NCBI GenBank assembly: GCA_965228735.1
Contig: OZ245838.1
Coordinates: forward strand, 3,872,001-3,936,000
DNA: 64,000 bases
Origin: Planctomycetota bacterium
GTDB taxonomy: Bacteria > Planctomycetota > UBA1135 > UBA2386
Reading direction: 5' to 3'
Positions 1 to 8,756 of this stretch are shown in pieces. The notes beneath the pieces were generated by a model, which saw nothing but the letters and a program-made list of their open reading frames with translations, ran no database searches and was not told the DNA's origin. How positions within the stretch are numbered: the first letter of the stretch is position 1; every line of letters starts with the position of its first letter. A program made the position numbers and the translations under genes.

Positions 1-1146
1 GTGATGATGGACGCGGCGATCGGCCGCCCCACGCGCCCCGAGGACGCCGACCGCCTGTTCCTCACGGTCAGCCGCTTCGATCAGTACCCGGACGTGTGGA
101 CGACGGACCTGTCGTTCGGCAACAAGAAGAAGCTCACCGACGCCGGCAAGGTCCTCGACCAGTTCCGCTGGGGCTCGGCCGAGCTGGTCACGTGGCGCTC
201 CGACGACGGCGTGGATCTCAAGGGTTACCTCGTCAAGCCGGACGGCTTCGACCCGCAGAAGAAGTACCCGATGATGGTCTACTTCTACGAGAAGAGCAGC
301 AACCGCATCCACAGCTTCGTGACGCCCAACTGCGGCACGTCGCCGAACGCGGCGTACTACGTGTCCAACGGCTACCTGTGGTTCGTGCCGGACATCGTCT
401 ACCGCGACGGCTACCCGGGCGAGTCGTGCGAGAAGTGCGTCGTCTCGGGCGTCAACGCGATGATCGCGAAGGGCTTCGTCGATGCGGACCGGGTCGGCGC
501 CGCCGGCCACTCGTGGGGCGGCTACCAGACCGCGCACCTGATCACGCGGACCGACATCTTCGCGTGCGTCGAGTCGGGCGCGCCGGTGGTCAACATGTAC
601 TCGGCCTACGGCGGCATCCGCTGGGGCTCGGGCATGTCGCGGCAGTTCCAGTACGAGCAGACGCAGTCGCGCATCGGCGGGTCGATCTGGGAACACCCGA
701 TGCGCTACTGGGAGAACTCGCCGCTCTTCCACCTCGACAAGGTCAACACGCCGGTGCTGATCCTGCACAACGACAAGGACGGTGCGGTGCCGTGGTACCA
801 GGGCATCGAGTTCTTCGTCGCGATGCGGCGCCTCGGCAAGGAGGCCTACCTGTTCAACTACAACACCGAGGATCACGGCCTGCGGCAGCGCAAGAACCAG
901 CGCGACTGGACGCGCCGCATGGCGCAGTTCTTCGACCATCACCTCAAGGGCAAGCCCGCGGCCGACTGGATGAAGAACGGCGTGCCCTACCACGAGCGTG
1001 AGGCGGAGAAGATCCCGCACGCGCCGAGCTTCCGCGAGGCCGTCGAGGCCGGGCTGATCACGCCGGAGGGCGAGCCGATCTCGGAGAGCCCGACGCCCGT
1101 CGCCGAAGAGGCGAGCGCCAGCGGCAGCAGCACGGGGTCGAAGTGA
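1..1146 (+). CDS. S9 family prolyl oligopeptidase / acylaminoacyl peptidase (5'-truncated by the window)
   Basis: GHSWGG nucleophile elbow, HNDKDGAV (Asp) and EDHGL (His) triad; KKYPMMVYFYE typical of the S9 C-terminal domain. Confidence 0.92.
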   Translation: MMMDAAIGRPTRPEDADRLFLTVSRFDQYPDVWTTDLSFGNKKKLTDAGKVLDQFRWGSAELVTWRSDDGVDLKGYLVKPDGFDPQKKYPMMVYFYEKSSNRIHSFVTPNCGTSPNAAYYVSNGYLWFVPDIVYRDGYPGESCEKCVVSGVNAMIAKGFVDADRVGAAGHSWGGYQTAHLITRTDIFACVESGAPVVNMYSAYGGIRWGSGMSRQFQYEQTQSRIGGSIWEHPMRYWENSPLFHLDKVNTPVLILHNDKDGAVPWYQGIEFFVAMRRLGKEAYLFNYNTEDHGLRQRKNQRDWTRRMAQFFDHHLKGKPAADWMKNGVPYHEREAEKIPHAPSFREAVEAGLITPEGEPISESPTPVAEEASASGSSTGSK

Positions 1147-1154
1147 ACCGCCAC

Positions 1155-1177
1155 GGGTGGTTCAAGGTGAACCGCCC
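1155..1177. terminator. Hairpin between convergent genes, possible terminator
   Basis: GGGTGGTTCA-agg-TGAACCGCCC stem (one G-U pair) between the stops at 1146 and 1191; no U-tract. Confidence 0.35.
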
Positions 1178-1190
1178 CTGACGCCAACTG

Positions 1191-1580
1191 TCAGTCGCCG
1201 AGCATCGCGTGCGCCGAGCCGATAGCTCGGTGCACGGCGAACGCCAGCACGAACGTCGCGGCCAGAACGGCGAGGCCGGCCGCGAGATAGCAACGCTGCA
1301 CGCCCGGCCGCCGCAGTCGCCAGCCCGGCAGACTCGCGATCACGACGGCGCCGCACCAGATCGCGAGTTCCGTCCGCCCCCGCAGCCAGCCCGCGACGTC
1401 GAGGCCGAGAACGGCGAGCCCGGGCAGCTCGATCTCGAGCACGCTGAGCGCCGCCACGGCATCGCGCGAGACGAGGAGCGGCAGGAGCAGCGCGAACGCG
1501 AGCCCACCGACGATCCAGACGCCGGTGCCGGCCGCGGAGCCCCGCTCGGCCGGGTACGTGGTCGCGGGATCGGATGACAT
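1191..1580 (-). CDS. Hypothetical membrane protein
   Basis: 129 aa with about three hydrophobic segments; fills the gap downstream of the cryptochrome gene. Confidence 0.55.
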   Translation of the reverse strand: MSSDPATTYPAERGSAAGTGVWIVGGLAFALLLPLLVSRDAVAALSVLEIELPGLAVLGLDVAGWLRGRTELAIWCGAVVIASLPGWRLRRPGVQRCYLAAGLAVLAATFVLAFAVHRAIGSAHAMLGD

Positions 1581-1607
1581 ACCCGCATCTTCGGCCGATA
1601 TGGCCCC

Positions 1608-3125
1608 TCAGCCTGAATCGCGAGGCTCGCCCTCCGCCGCCGCTTCCCATTCCTGCCGCGTGCGCTCGACGCCGGCCTCGAGGTCGACGATCGGCTTGTC
1701 ATAGTCGACCCCGAGCATCTGCCGCTCGAGCGGCGGCACGGTCCACGGTGCGTGCACGGTGTCGCGCCCGAGCAGGGCGAACTCCGGACACCAGCGCTTC
1801 ACGTAGTCGCCCTCTTTGTCGTACTTCCTGGCCTGGGTCTCGATGCTGAACCAGCGGAAGCCGCGCGCGTCGTTGCCGACGCCGGCGACGTAGCTCCAGT
1901 TGCCCCAGTTGCTCGCGACGTCGTAGTCGACGAGCTGCGACTCGAACCACTCCGCGCCCCAACGCCAGTCGATCCCGAGGTGCTTCGTGAGGAAGCTGCC
2001 GACGATCTGCCGGCCGCGGTTGGACACGAACCCGGTCGCGAGCAGCTCTCGCATCAACGCGTCGACGAGCGGAATGCCGGTGCGGCCCGTGCGCCAGGCT
2101 TCGAACGCCGCGTCGTCGTGCCGCCACGGCACGGGCCGACCCTGCAGCCCGGACGGCCAGAACAACCTTGCACCGTGCTTCTGGAGCACGAGCTGGAAGA
2201 AGTCGCGCCAGAGCAGCTCGAACGTCAGCCAGTACGTCGAGTCGTTCTTGACGCGCTCCCGTTCGTAGCGCTCGACCTCGCTCTGGACGCGACGCGGCGA
2301 GATGCAGCCGAGCGCGAGCCACGGCGCGAGTCGCGAGGAGAAGTCGGCGCCGTGCAGACCGTTGCGCGTGGCCTTGTAGTCGCGCAAACGATCGCGCTCG
2401 AACGCCCACTGCGCGAGCCGTTCGCGCGCCGCGGCCTCGCCGCCGACGAACGTGAACGCCGCGCGGTCGTCGACCACCGGCTCGCGCAGCTCGAGGTCGG
2501 AGAGCTCCGGCAGTTCACCCGCGCCGCCGCTGGCGACATCGGGCACGACCCCCCGCACCTTCTCGACGGGATCGACCGGCGCCGCGAAGCATCGCGCCCG
2601 TTCGACACGCTGGCGAAACGCCGTGAACACCCCCGGCAGTTCGGCGACCTGGAACGGCAGGTCGGCGAGCTCGAACAGCGTGCGGTCCCAGTGGAGCCGC
2701 AACGCGCACCCCGCATCCGCGAGGGCGGCCGCGACAGCCTGTTCGATGTCCTGCTCTTCCGTGCCGACGAGCCGATGCGCATGGATGCGCGTGAGGCCGA
2801 GCTCGCGGGCGAGCGCCGGCAGAACGTCCTCGGGCCGGCCACGCCGAACGACGAGCTCGCCGCCGATCGCGCGCAGGGTCGCGCGCAGATCGGCGAGCGC
2901 TTCACGCAGGAACCGCGCGCGCCACGACCCCGTGCGCGGGGCACCGATCAGCGGCGTGGCGCCGAACTCGCGCGGGTCGACGCAGTAGACGCAGAGCACC
3001 GGGCGATCCTCGCCGGCGCGGCTCTGGGCCGCCGCCGCGCGCAGCGCCGCGTGGTCGTCGATCCGCAGGTCGCGCCGGAACCACACGGCGACCGGCGCGC
3101 CGGAGTCGTCGGTGCTCGTAGTCAT
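1608..3125 (-). CDS. Cryptochrome DASH / DNA photolyase family protein
   Basis: VWFRRDLRIDDH, YKATRNGLHGADFSSRLAPWLALGCISPR, STYWLTFELLWRDFF, SNRGRQIV, DYDVASNWGNWSYVAGVGND; start placed at ATG 3125, which overlaps the nei stop (ATGA). Confidence 0.93.
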   Translation of the reverse strand: MTTSTDDSGAPVAVWFRRDLRIDDHAALRAAAAQSRAGEDRPVLCVYCVDPREFGATPLIGAPRTGSWRARFLREALADLRATLRAIGGELVVRRGRPEDVLPALARELGLTRIHAHRLVGTEEQDIEQAVAAALADAGCALRLHWDRTLFELADLPFQVAELPGVFTAFRQRVERARCFAAPVDPVEKVRGVVPDVASGGAGELPELSDLELREPVVDDRAAFTFVGGEAAARERLAQWAFERDRLRDYKATRNGLHGADFSSRLAPWLALGCISPRRVQSEVERYERERVKNDSTYWLTFELLWRDFFQLVLQKHGARLFWPSGLQGRPVPWRHDDAAFEAWRTGRTGIPLVDALMRELLATGFVSNRGRQIVGSFLTKHLGIDWRWGAEWFESQLVDYDVASNWGNWSYVAGVGNDARGFRWFSIETQARKYDKEGDYVKRWCPEFALLGRDTVHAPWTVPPLERQMLGVDYDKPIVDLEAGVERTRQEWEAAAEGEPRDSG

Positions 3126-3943
3126 CGCGCCTGACATGCCGGACACGCGTAGAGCCGTCGCCCCGCGCTGGTCTGCTTCTCGATCTGTTCACCACACAGC
3201 CGACACGGCTTGTTCGCGCGGGCGAAGACCCAGTGCCGATAGTCGCGCCGCGGCACGCCCTCGGCCCGCAACCGACGGGCGTCGTCGGGGTCGTTGGTGA
3301 TGCCGCGCGTGCGGTATGCCTGCCGCGCGACGTCGCGGATGCGAAGGGCGAGATCGGTGCGCTGATTGGCCGCGAGATCGCACGGCCGCAGTGCCGGGTC
3401 GAGCCGGGCCAGGAACAGGATCTCGCTCCGCAGATAGTTGCCGAGTCCGCCGACGAAGCTCTGGTCGAGCAGCAGCGCGCCGAGCGAGCGACGCGTGAAC
3501 CGCCGATCGACGAGGCGGCGCTCGATGTCACGGAGGTGCGTGCCATCGTCGAGCACGTCGGGACCGAGCTTCTGGAGGAACGGATGCTCGTCCAGTTCGT
3601 CGTCGGCGAGCACCTCGATCTCCGACGCGCTGTAGAGCAATGCCGAGTGCGCGCCGGTGTGCACCGCGAACCGCAGCTGCCGGTTGGTCTTCGGCTCCTG
3701 CCCGCGTGGCTTCACGTACCAGCGGCCGTAGAGCTGGTTGTGCGAGTAGACGTTGAGCCCCCGTTCGAACCGCACGAGCATCGCCTTCCCACGCGGCTCG
3801 ACGGCGCGCACCGTGCGGCCCTGCAGCGTCGCGGCGAACGGCCGCAGTTGGTCGAACGCGAAGAACACGGACTCCGCCCGCTCGCCGGCCAGAACCCGCG
3901 CGATCTTGTCGGCTTCCTGACGGATCTCGGGACCTTCGGGCAT
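3122..3943 (-). CDS. nei: Endonuclease VIII (Fpg/Nei DNA glycosylase)
   Basis: N-terminal PEGPE, RGKAML, SHNQLYGRW, H2TH motif GLGNYLRSEILF, C-terminal CxxC...CxxC zinc finger. Confidence 0.92.
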   Translation of the reverse strand: MPEGPEIRQEADKIARVLAGERAESVFFAFDQLRPFAATLQGRTVRAVEPRGKAMLVRFERGLNVYSHNQLYGRWYVKPRGQEPKTNRQLRFAVHTGAHSALLYSASEIEVLADDELDEHPFLQKLGPDVLDDGTHLRDIERRLVDRRFTRRSLGALLLDQSFVGGLGNYLRSEILFLARLDPALRPCDLAANQRTDLALRIRDVARQAYRTRGITNDPDDARRLRAEGVPRRDYRHWVFARANKPCRLCGEQIEKQTSAGRRLYACPACQAR

Positions 3944-3969
3944 CGGCAGAACGGTGTGGCATCCGGTCC

Positions 3970-3995
3970 TTCGACACCGCCCCCGGCCAGGATGC
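3970..3995 (-). promoter_or_regulatory. Putative ECF sigma promoter GCATCC-N16-CGAA upstream of nei-cryptochrome operon
   Basis: Same boxes and spacing as the motif at 11266-11291; ends 26 nt before the nei ATG. Confidence 0.5.
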
Positions 3996-4018
3996 GTGAA
4001 CCTACGGAACCGGCACGG

Positions 4019-5572
4019 TCACTCTGGCACCGGCGGAAGCGGCACCGGGCCGCCGCCGATCTCGCGCGGCAGCATCGCATCGGTCCGTTCGAGCCAGCCG
4101 CGGAGCGCGGTCGCCAATTCGCGCAGTTCGGCCGGACGCTGGGCCGCGAGATCGCGCGCCTCGTTGAGGTCCGCGGCGAGGTCGTAGAGCGCCCACGAGC
4201 GGGTCTCGTACCAGTAGATGGCCTTGAGATCCCCGCGCCGGATCACCGAGCCGGGCGTCGTTCGCCACGTGCCGCGCTTGCCGTTGGCCTGCAGATAGCC
4301 CGGGAAGTGCCAGAACAGGTCGCGCCGTTCGACGGCAGCGGGCTGCGCGCGGAACCGCGGTGACAGATCGGTGCCGTCGACCGGCTGCGCCGACTCCGGC
4401 GGCAGCTCGGCCCCGCCGATCGCAGCAAACGTCGGATACAGGTCCAGACTCTGCAGCGGCGTCTCGTCGATCGAGCCCGCGGCGATGCGCCCGTCCCAGC
4501 GCGCGAGGAACGGCACGCGGATGCCGCCCTCGTGCAGCGACCCCTTCCCCGACCGCAGCGGCGTCTGATCGGTGATCTCCTGCCCACCCGCGATCCCGGC
4601 CTTGTTGTAGCCGCCGAGGCCGCCGTTGTCCGACGTGAACACGACGAGCGTGTTGGCGATGAGCTTCTGCTCGGGCGCGAGCGGATCGGGAGTCGTCGAC
4701 AAGAACTCGAGGACGCGGCCGACGTTGTCGTCGAGGTTCTTCAGCATCGCCGCATAGCGCCGGTGGTCGTGGCGGGCGCCGCGTTCGGGGATCGGCGTCG
4801 CCGCGAAGTCGGCTTCGGGCGCCTGGATCGGCGTATGCACCGAATAGTGGCTCAGCACGCAGAACATCGGCTGCGGCTCCTCGGCCGCGATCGCACGCCC
4901 CATCCACAGCAGCGCCTCGTCGGTGAGCCGGTCCGCCATGAATTGTCTGCTCCTGCCGTTCTTCGCGAGCCCGGGGAACGGGAAGCCACCCTCGTCGTCG
5001 GCGAAGTTGCCGACCCGCCCCACGCCGCCGCCGTTGTTGCCCCCGGCGGCGTGATCGAAGCCCTGCTGCTCCGGACTGCCGCCGTTCTTCCGATCCCCGA
5101 GATGCCATTTGCCGAAGTGCGCCGTCGTGTAGCCCGCCTCGCGCAGCAGCTCGGCGAGCGTGATCGTCGCCGGGGTCAACGTCACGACGTTGGGCGCGGC
5201 ATCGAGCTTGCGGAACTGCTCGCGACCGCGGTTGCCGCTGCCGACCGTGTAGATGCCCGTGCGCGGCGCCCACTGCCCGCTCCACAGCGCAGCGCGGGTC
5301 GGCGCGCAGTTGGGCGCGCTGCTGTAGGCGTGCGTGAACGACGTTCCCGCCGCGGCCAGCGCATCGAGGTGCGGCGTGCGGTGATAGGGCGAGCCGTTGC
5401 CCTGACACGTGCTCCCGGTCGACAGATCGGTCCAACCGAGATCGTCGGCCAACACGAAGACGATGTGCGGCCGGCGCGCGCCGTCGACCTCACGTTGCGT
5501 GAGAGCAACCGGCGTCAGCGCGAATCCAGCTGCGAGAATGCAGCGGGCGACAGCGAGGGCGGGCGTGAGCAT
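4019..5572 (-). CDS. Sulfatase (formylglycine-dependent, secreted)
   Basis: Signal-peptide-like N-terminus, PHIVFVLADDLG, CAPTRAAL (CxPxR), GYTTAHFGKWHLG, FTSDNGG, GKGSLHEGGIRVP. Confidence 0.93.
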   Translation of the reverse strand: MLTPALAVARCILAAGFALTPVALTQREVDGARRPHIVFVLADDLGWTDLSTGSTCQGNGSPYHRTPHLDALAAAGTSFTHAYSSAPNCAPTRAALWSGQWAPRTGIYTVGSGNRGREQFRKLDAAPNVVTLTPATITLAELLREAGYTTAHFGKWHLGDRKNGGSPEQQGFDHAAGGNNGGGVGRVGNFADDEGGFPFPGLAKNGRSRQFMADRLTDEALLWMGRAIAAEEPQPMFCVLSHYSVHTPIQAPEADFAATPIPERGARHDHRRYAAMLKNLDDNVGRVLEFLSTTPDPLAPEQKLIANTLVVFTSDNGGLGGYNKAGIAGGQEITDQTPLRSGKGSLHEGGIRVPFLARWDGRIAAGSIDETPLQSLDLYPTFAAIGGAELPPESAQPVDGTDLSPRFRAQPAAVERRDLFWHFPGYLQANGKRGTWRTTPGSVIRRGDLKAIYWYETRSWALYDLAADLNEARDLAAQRPAELRELATALRGWLERTDAMLPREIGGGPVPLPPVPE

Positions 5573-5595
5573 GGGCTGCGCGCCATACTGAGCCC

Positions 5596-6294
5596 ATGAC
5601 GTCCGCAACACAATCGGCCCGCTCCGTTCTGAGTTGGCTCGAACGCAAGGGCAGCAAGAAGGTCAGGGACGGCATGGCGCGCTACGCGATTCCGAGCGAC
5701 AACGCTTTCGGCGTGAGCGTCGGCGACCTGCGCAAGGAAGCCAAACGACTCGGCCGCGATCACGCGCTCGCCGCAGCGCTCTGGGCGACGGGCAAGTACG
5801 AGGCCCGCATGCTCGCCGCGTTCGTGGACGAGCCGAACGCCGTCACGGCACGCCAGATGGATCAGTGGTGCCGCGACTTCGACAGCTGGGCGATCTGCGA
5901 CACGGCCTGCCTGCACCTGTTCGACCGGACGCCGCACGCGTTCAAGAAGGTGCACATCTGGGCGAAACGCCGCGGCGAGTTCCAGAAGCGCGCGGCGTTC
6001 GCGCTCGCTGCCGGGCTCGCGACCCACGACAAGACGAGCCCGGACGCGCCGTTCGCCGCGATCCTGCCGCTCATCGAGGCGGCCGCGACCGACGACCGCA
6101 ACTTCGTCAAGAAGGGCGTCAACTGGGCGCTGCGCGGCATCGGCGAACGCAGCCAGAACCTGCACCGCCGCGCCCTGGCGCTCGGCAAGCGGCTCGCAGC
6201 GGCCACGGAGCCCGCACCGCGGTGGATCGGCAAGGACGCGCTCCGACAGCTGCAGACGCCGGCCGTCAGGCGCCGTCTCGCCCGCCGCGGATGA
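5596..6294 (+). CDS. DNA alkylation repair protein (AlkD-like HEAT-repeat)
   Basis: DFDSWAICDTAC and DDRNFVKKGVNWALRGIG motifs; CATACT-N6-ATG start. Confidence 0.85.
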   Translation: MTSATQSARSVLSWLERKGSKKVRDGMARYAIPSDNAFGVSVGDLRKEAKRLGRDHALAAALWATGKYEARMLAAFVDEPNAVTARQMDQWCRDFDSWAICDTACLHLFDRTPHAFKKVHIWAKRRGEFQKRAAFALAAGLATHDKTSPDAPFAAILPLIEAAATDDRNFVKKGVNWALRGIGERSQNLHRRALALGKRLAAATEPAPRWIGKDALRQLQTPAVRRRLARRG

Positions 6295-6348
6295 CCCGAG
6301 GACGGTTCTGCGGTTGTGGCGCGGGCGCGGCCGGCCTACGGTCGGCTC

Positions 6349-6630
6349 ATGGTCCAAGCCACGTGGAAAGGCCAACTTCTCGCCGAGAGCGACGCGACCG
6401 TGGTCGTCGAAGGCAACCACTACTTCCCGCGCGCAGCGCTCGTCGAGGCCCACCTGCGACCGTCGGACAAGACGACAGTCTGCGGCTGGAAGGGCACCGC
6501 CAACTACTTCGACGTCGTCGTCGGCGACGACGTCAACGAAGGTGCGGCGTTCTACTACGCGACGCCGAAACCGGAGGCCGCGCTCATCTTGGACCACGTC
6601 GCGTTCTGGAAGGGCGTCACGGTCGCATAG
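6349..6630 (+). CDS. DUF427 domain protein
   Basis: ATWKGQLLAESD..VVVEGNHYFP, CGWKGTANYFD, VAFWKGV; ATG at 6349 preceded by TACGGT-N6. Confidence 0.88.
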   Translation: MVQATWKGQLLAESDATVVVEGNHYFPRAALVEAHLRPSDKTTVCGWKGTANYFDVVVGDDVNEGAAFYYATPKPEAALILDHVAFWKGVTVA

Positions 6631-6651
6631 ACCGCCGGGCGAGCACACACC

Positions 6652-7470
6652 ATCGAACTCCGCGCCGTCACCTACCTCGCCCCGGGGATCCCGCTGGCGT
6701 TCTTCGAACGCGTCGTCGAGCACCTCGGCGAAGCGCTCGGGCTCGCGACGTCGGTGACGAGCGAGACGAGCAACTCCGGGCCGATGGCCGGCGACCACGA
6801 CCCGTTCGCCGCGGGCGAAGCCGACCTCGGGTTCCTGTGCTCGCCGTCGATGCTCTACCTGCGCAGCCTGCCGCAGCCGTCGGTCGAGCTGTTGCCGGCG
6901 GGGTTCGTGTTCGGTGATGACCGCAACTCGGGCACGGAGCCCGTCTATTACTCGGACGTGATCGTGCGTCGGGATCACCCGGCCTCCTCGCTCGCCGACC
7001 TCGAGGGCACGACCTGGGGCTACAACGACGAGTGCTCGCTGTCGGGCTACTTCGCGACGCTGCAGGGCCTGCGGGAGATCGGTTGCACGACCGAGTTCTT
7101 CGGCAGGCGACACCGCACGGGCTCGCACCTCGCGTCCCTCGCTGGCGTGCTCGACGGCACGATCGACGCCGCCGCCATCGATTCGACGACCATGGGGCTG
7201 TGGCGGCGGGATAACCCGGAACGGGCCGCCGACCTGCGCGTAATCCGCTCCTGGGGGCCGTTCCCCATCCAGCCGATCGTCGTCCGCACCGGCCTCGACA
7301 GCGCGATCAAGACGTCTCTTGCCAGTGAACTCTTGCGTGTCGACTGCGACACGAGCACCCTCGGCCTCTGTTCGTTCGGGCTCGAACGCATCGTCCCGAT
7401 CGACGAAGACGCCTACGCCGACGAAGCGCAGCAGCTGCGCGCCCTCGGCCAACTCCCGCCCAGCCCATGA
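6652..7470 (+). CDS. PhnD/SsuA-type substrate-binding-fold protein, no signal peptide; start uncertain (ATC 6652 or GTG 6754)
   Basis: DLGFLCSP, PVYYSDVIVRRD, WGYNDECSLSGY, TGSHLASLAGV..G..DAAAIDS, WGPFPIQPIVV; frame is open from 6631 and reads IELRAVTYLAPG upstream of the first GTG. Confidence 0.75.
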   Translation: MELRAVTYLAPGIPLAFFERVVEHLGEALGLATSVTSETSNSGPMAGDHDPFAAGEADLGFLCSPSMLYLRSLPQPSVELLPAGFVFGDDRNSGTEPVYYSDVIVRRDHPASSLADLEGTTWGYNDECSLSGYFATLQGLREIGCTTEFFGRRHRTGSHLASLAGVLDGTIDAAAIDSTTMGLWRRDNPERAADLRVIRSWGPFPIQPIVVRTGLDSAIKTSLASELLRVDCDTSTLGLCSFGLERIVPIDEDAYADEAQQLRALGQLPPSP

Positions 7471-8672
7471 GCCTCTCCCTCGCCGCCGTCGATCGTCAGC
7501 AGCTGGCGCAAGACTTCCGCGCGACGCGGGCGCAGACCCTCGCCCTCTGCGAACCGCTCGCCCCCGAAGACATGGTCGTGCAGACCATGCCGGAGGTCAG
7601 CCCGACGAAGTGGCACCTCGCGCATGTCACGTGGTTCTTCGAGACCATGGTGCTCGCGCGGTTCGCTGGCGACTACGAGCCGTTCGACCGCCGCTTCCAC
7701 GCGCTGTTCAACTCGTACTACCAGGCGCTCGGCCGCCCGTTCCCGCGCGCTCAGCGCGGCAAACTCTCCCGCCCGACCGTCGCGGAGATCATCGCCTATC
7801 GCGAGCACGTCGATGACGCGATGGAGCGGTTGCTCGAAGGCGCCGAAGCGGCCGACCTCGCGGCCATCACCGAGATCGTGACGCTCGGCCTGCACCACGA
7901 GCAGCAGCACCAGGAGCTGCTCGTGATGGATATCCTGCACGTGCTCGCGAGCAATCCGCTGCATCCGGCGTACGACGCCGAGCCGCCGGCCGAGCCGACC
8001 CCGCCGCCGGCCGAGTGGTTCGAGAGCCGCGTCGCGAACACGACGGTCGGGCACGCTGGCACGGGCTTCCACTACGACAACGAAGGCCCGCGTCACTCCG
8101 TGCCGCTGCAACCGTTCGCGATCTGCAACCGGCTCGTGACGAACTGCGAATTCGCCCGGTTCATCGCGGACGACGGGTATCGGCGCCCGGAGCTGTGGCT
8201 CGCCGACGGCTGGGAGTGGCTGCACGAAGAACGCGTCGAGGCGCCGCTCTACTGGCGCCGCGCGGCGGACGAAGCGTGGCTCGAGACCACGTTGCACGGC
8301 CAGCACGAGTTGCGAGCCGACGCGCCGGTGTGTCACGTGAGCTACTACGAGGCCGACGCGTTCGCGCGCTGGTCGGAGTGTCGCCTGCCGACCGAGTTCG
8401 AATGGGAGCACGCGGCCGCCCAGGGCGCCCTCGCACAGGCCAGCGGCGAGGTCTGGCAGTGGACCGCGAGCCCATACTCCGCCTACCCCGGCTACCGCCC
8501 GTTCACGGGCCCCCTCGGCGAGTACAACGGCAAGTTCATGGCCAACCAGTTCGTGCTGCGCGGTGGCTGCCACGCGACGCCGCGCGGTCACGCCCGCCGC
8601 ACCTACCGCAACTTCTACTACCCGCAGCAGCGGTGGATGTTCGCGGGGCTGCGGCTCGCGCGGGACGTCTAG
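7467..8672 (+). CDS. egtB: Ergothioneine biosynthesis sulfoxide synthase EgtB
   Basis: QTMPEVSPTKWHLAHVTWFFE, LFNSYY, HHEQQHQELL (Fe ligands), FGE-like C-domain GEYNGKFM..VLRGG, TYRNFYYP..RWMFAGLRLA. Confidence 0.9.
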   Translation: MSLSLAAVDRQQLAQDFRATRAQTLALCEPLAPEDMVVQTMPEVSPTKWHLAHVTWFFETMVLARFAGDYEPFDRRFHALFNSYYQALGRPFPRAQRGKLSRPTVAEIIAYREHVDDAMERLLEGAEAADLAAITEIVTLGLHHEQQHQELLVMDILHVLASNPLHPAYDAEPPAEPTPPPAEWFESRVANTTVGHAGTGFHYDNEGPRHSVPLQPFAICNRLVTNCEFARFIADDGYRRPELWLADGWEWLHEERVEAPLYWRRAADEAWLETTLHGQHELRADAPVCHVSYYEADAFARWSECRLPTEFEWEHAAAQGALAQASGEVWQWTASPYSAYPGYRPFTGPLGEYNGKFMANQFVLRGGCHATPRGHARRTYRNFYYPQQRWMFAGLRLARDV

Positions 8673-8756
8673 CCCCGGGCATCCTGGGTCCCGGGCAATC
8701 GATCCCGGGACATTCGCGAGACTGTCCGCGCGCGGCCGCGGGCGTATCCTGCGGCG

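Noticed and set aside
6628..6630. Pyrrolysine decoding of the TAG
   Set aside because: DUF427 ends at its normal C-terminus and no pyl genes are visible; generic readthrough or a non-AUG start remains open
7467..8672. Calling this gene senA (selenoneine synthase)
   Set aside because: Motifs look like canonical EgtB and no senB/selD is adjacent
8674..8712. GCATCC-N15-CGAT and triple CCCGGG upstream of the metalloprotease
   Set aside because: Spacing and -10 box differ from the ECF motif, and the gene already has a TATCCT-N6-ATG start
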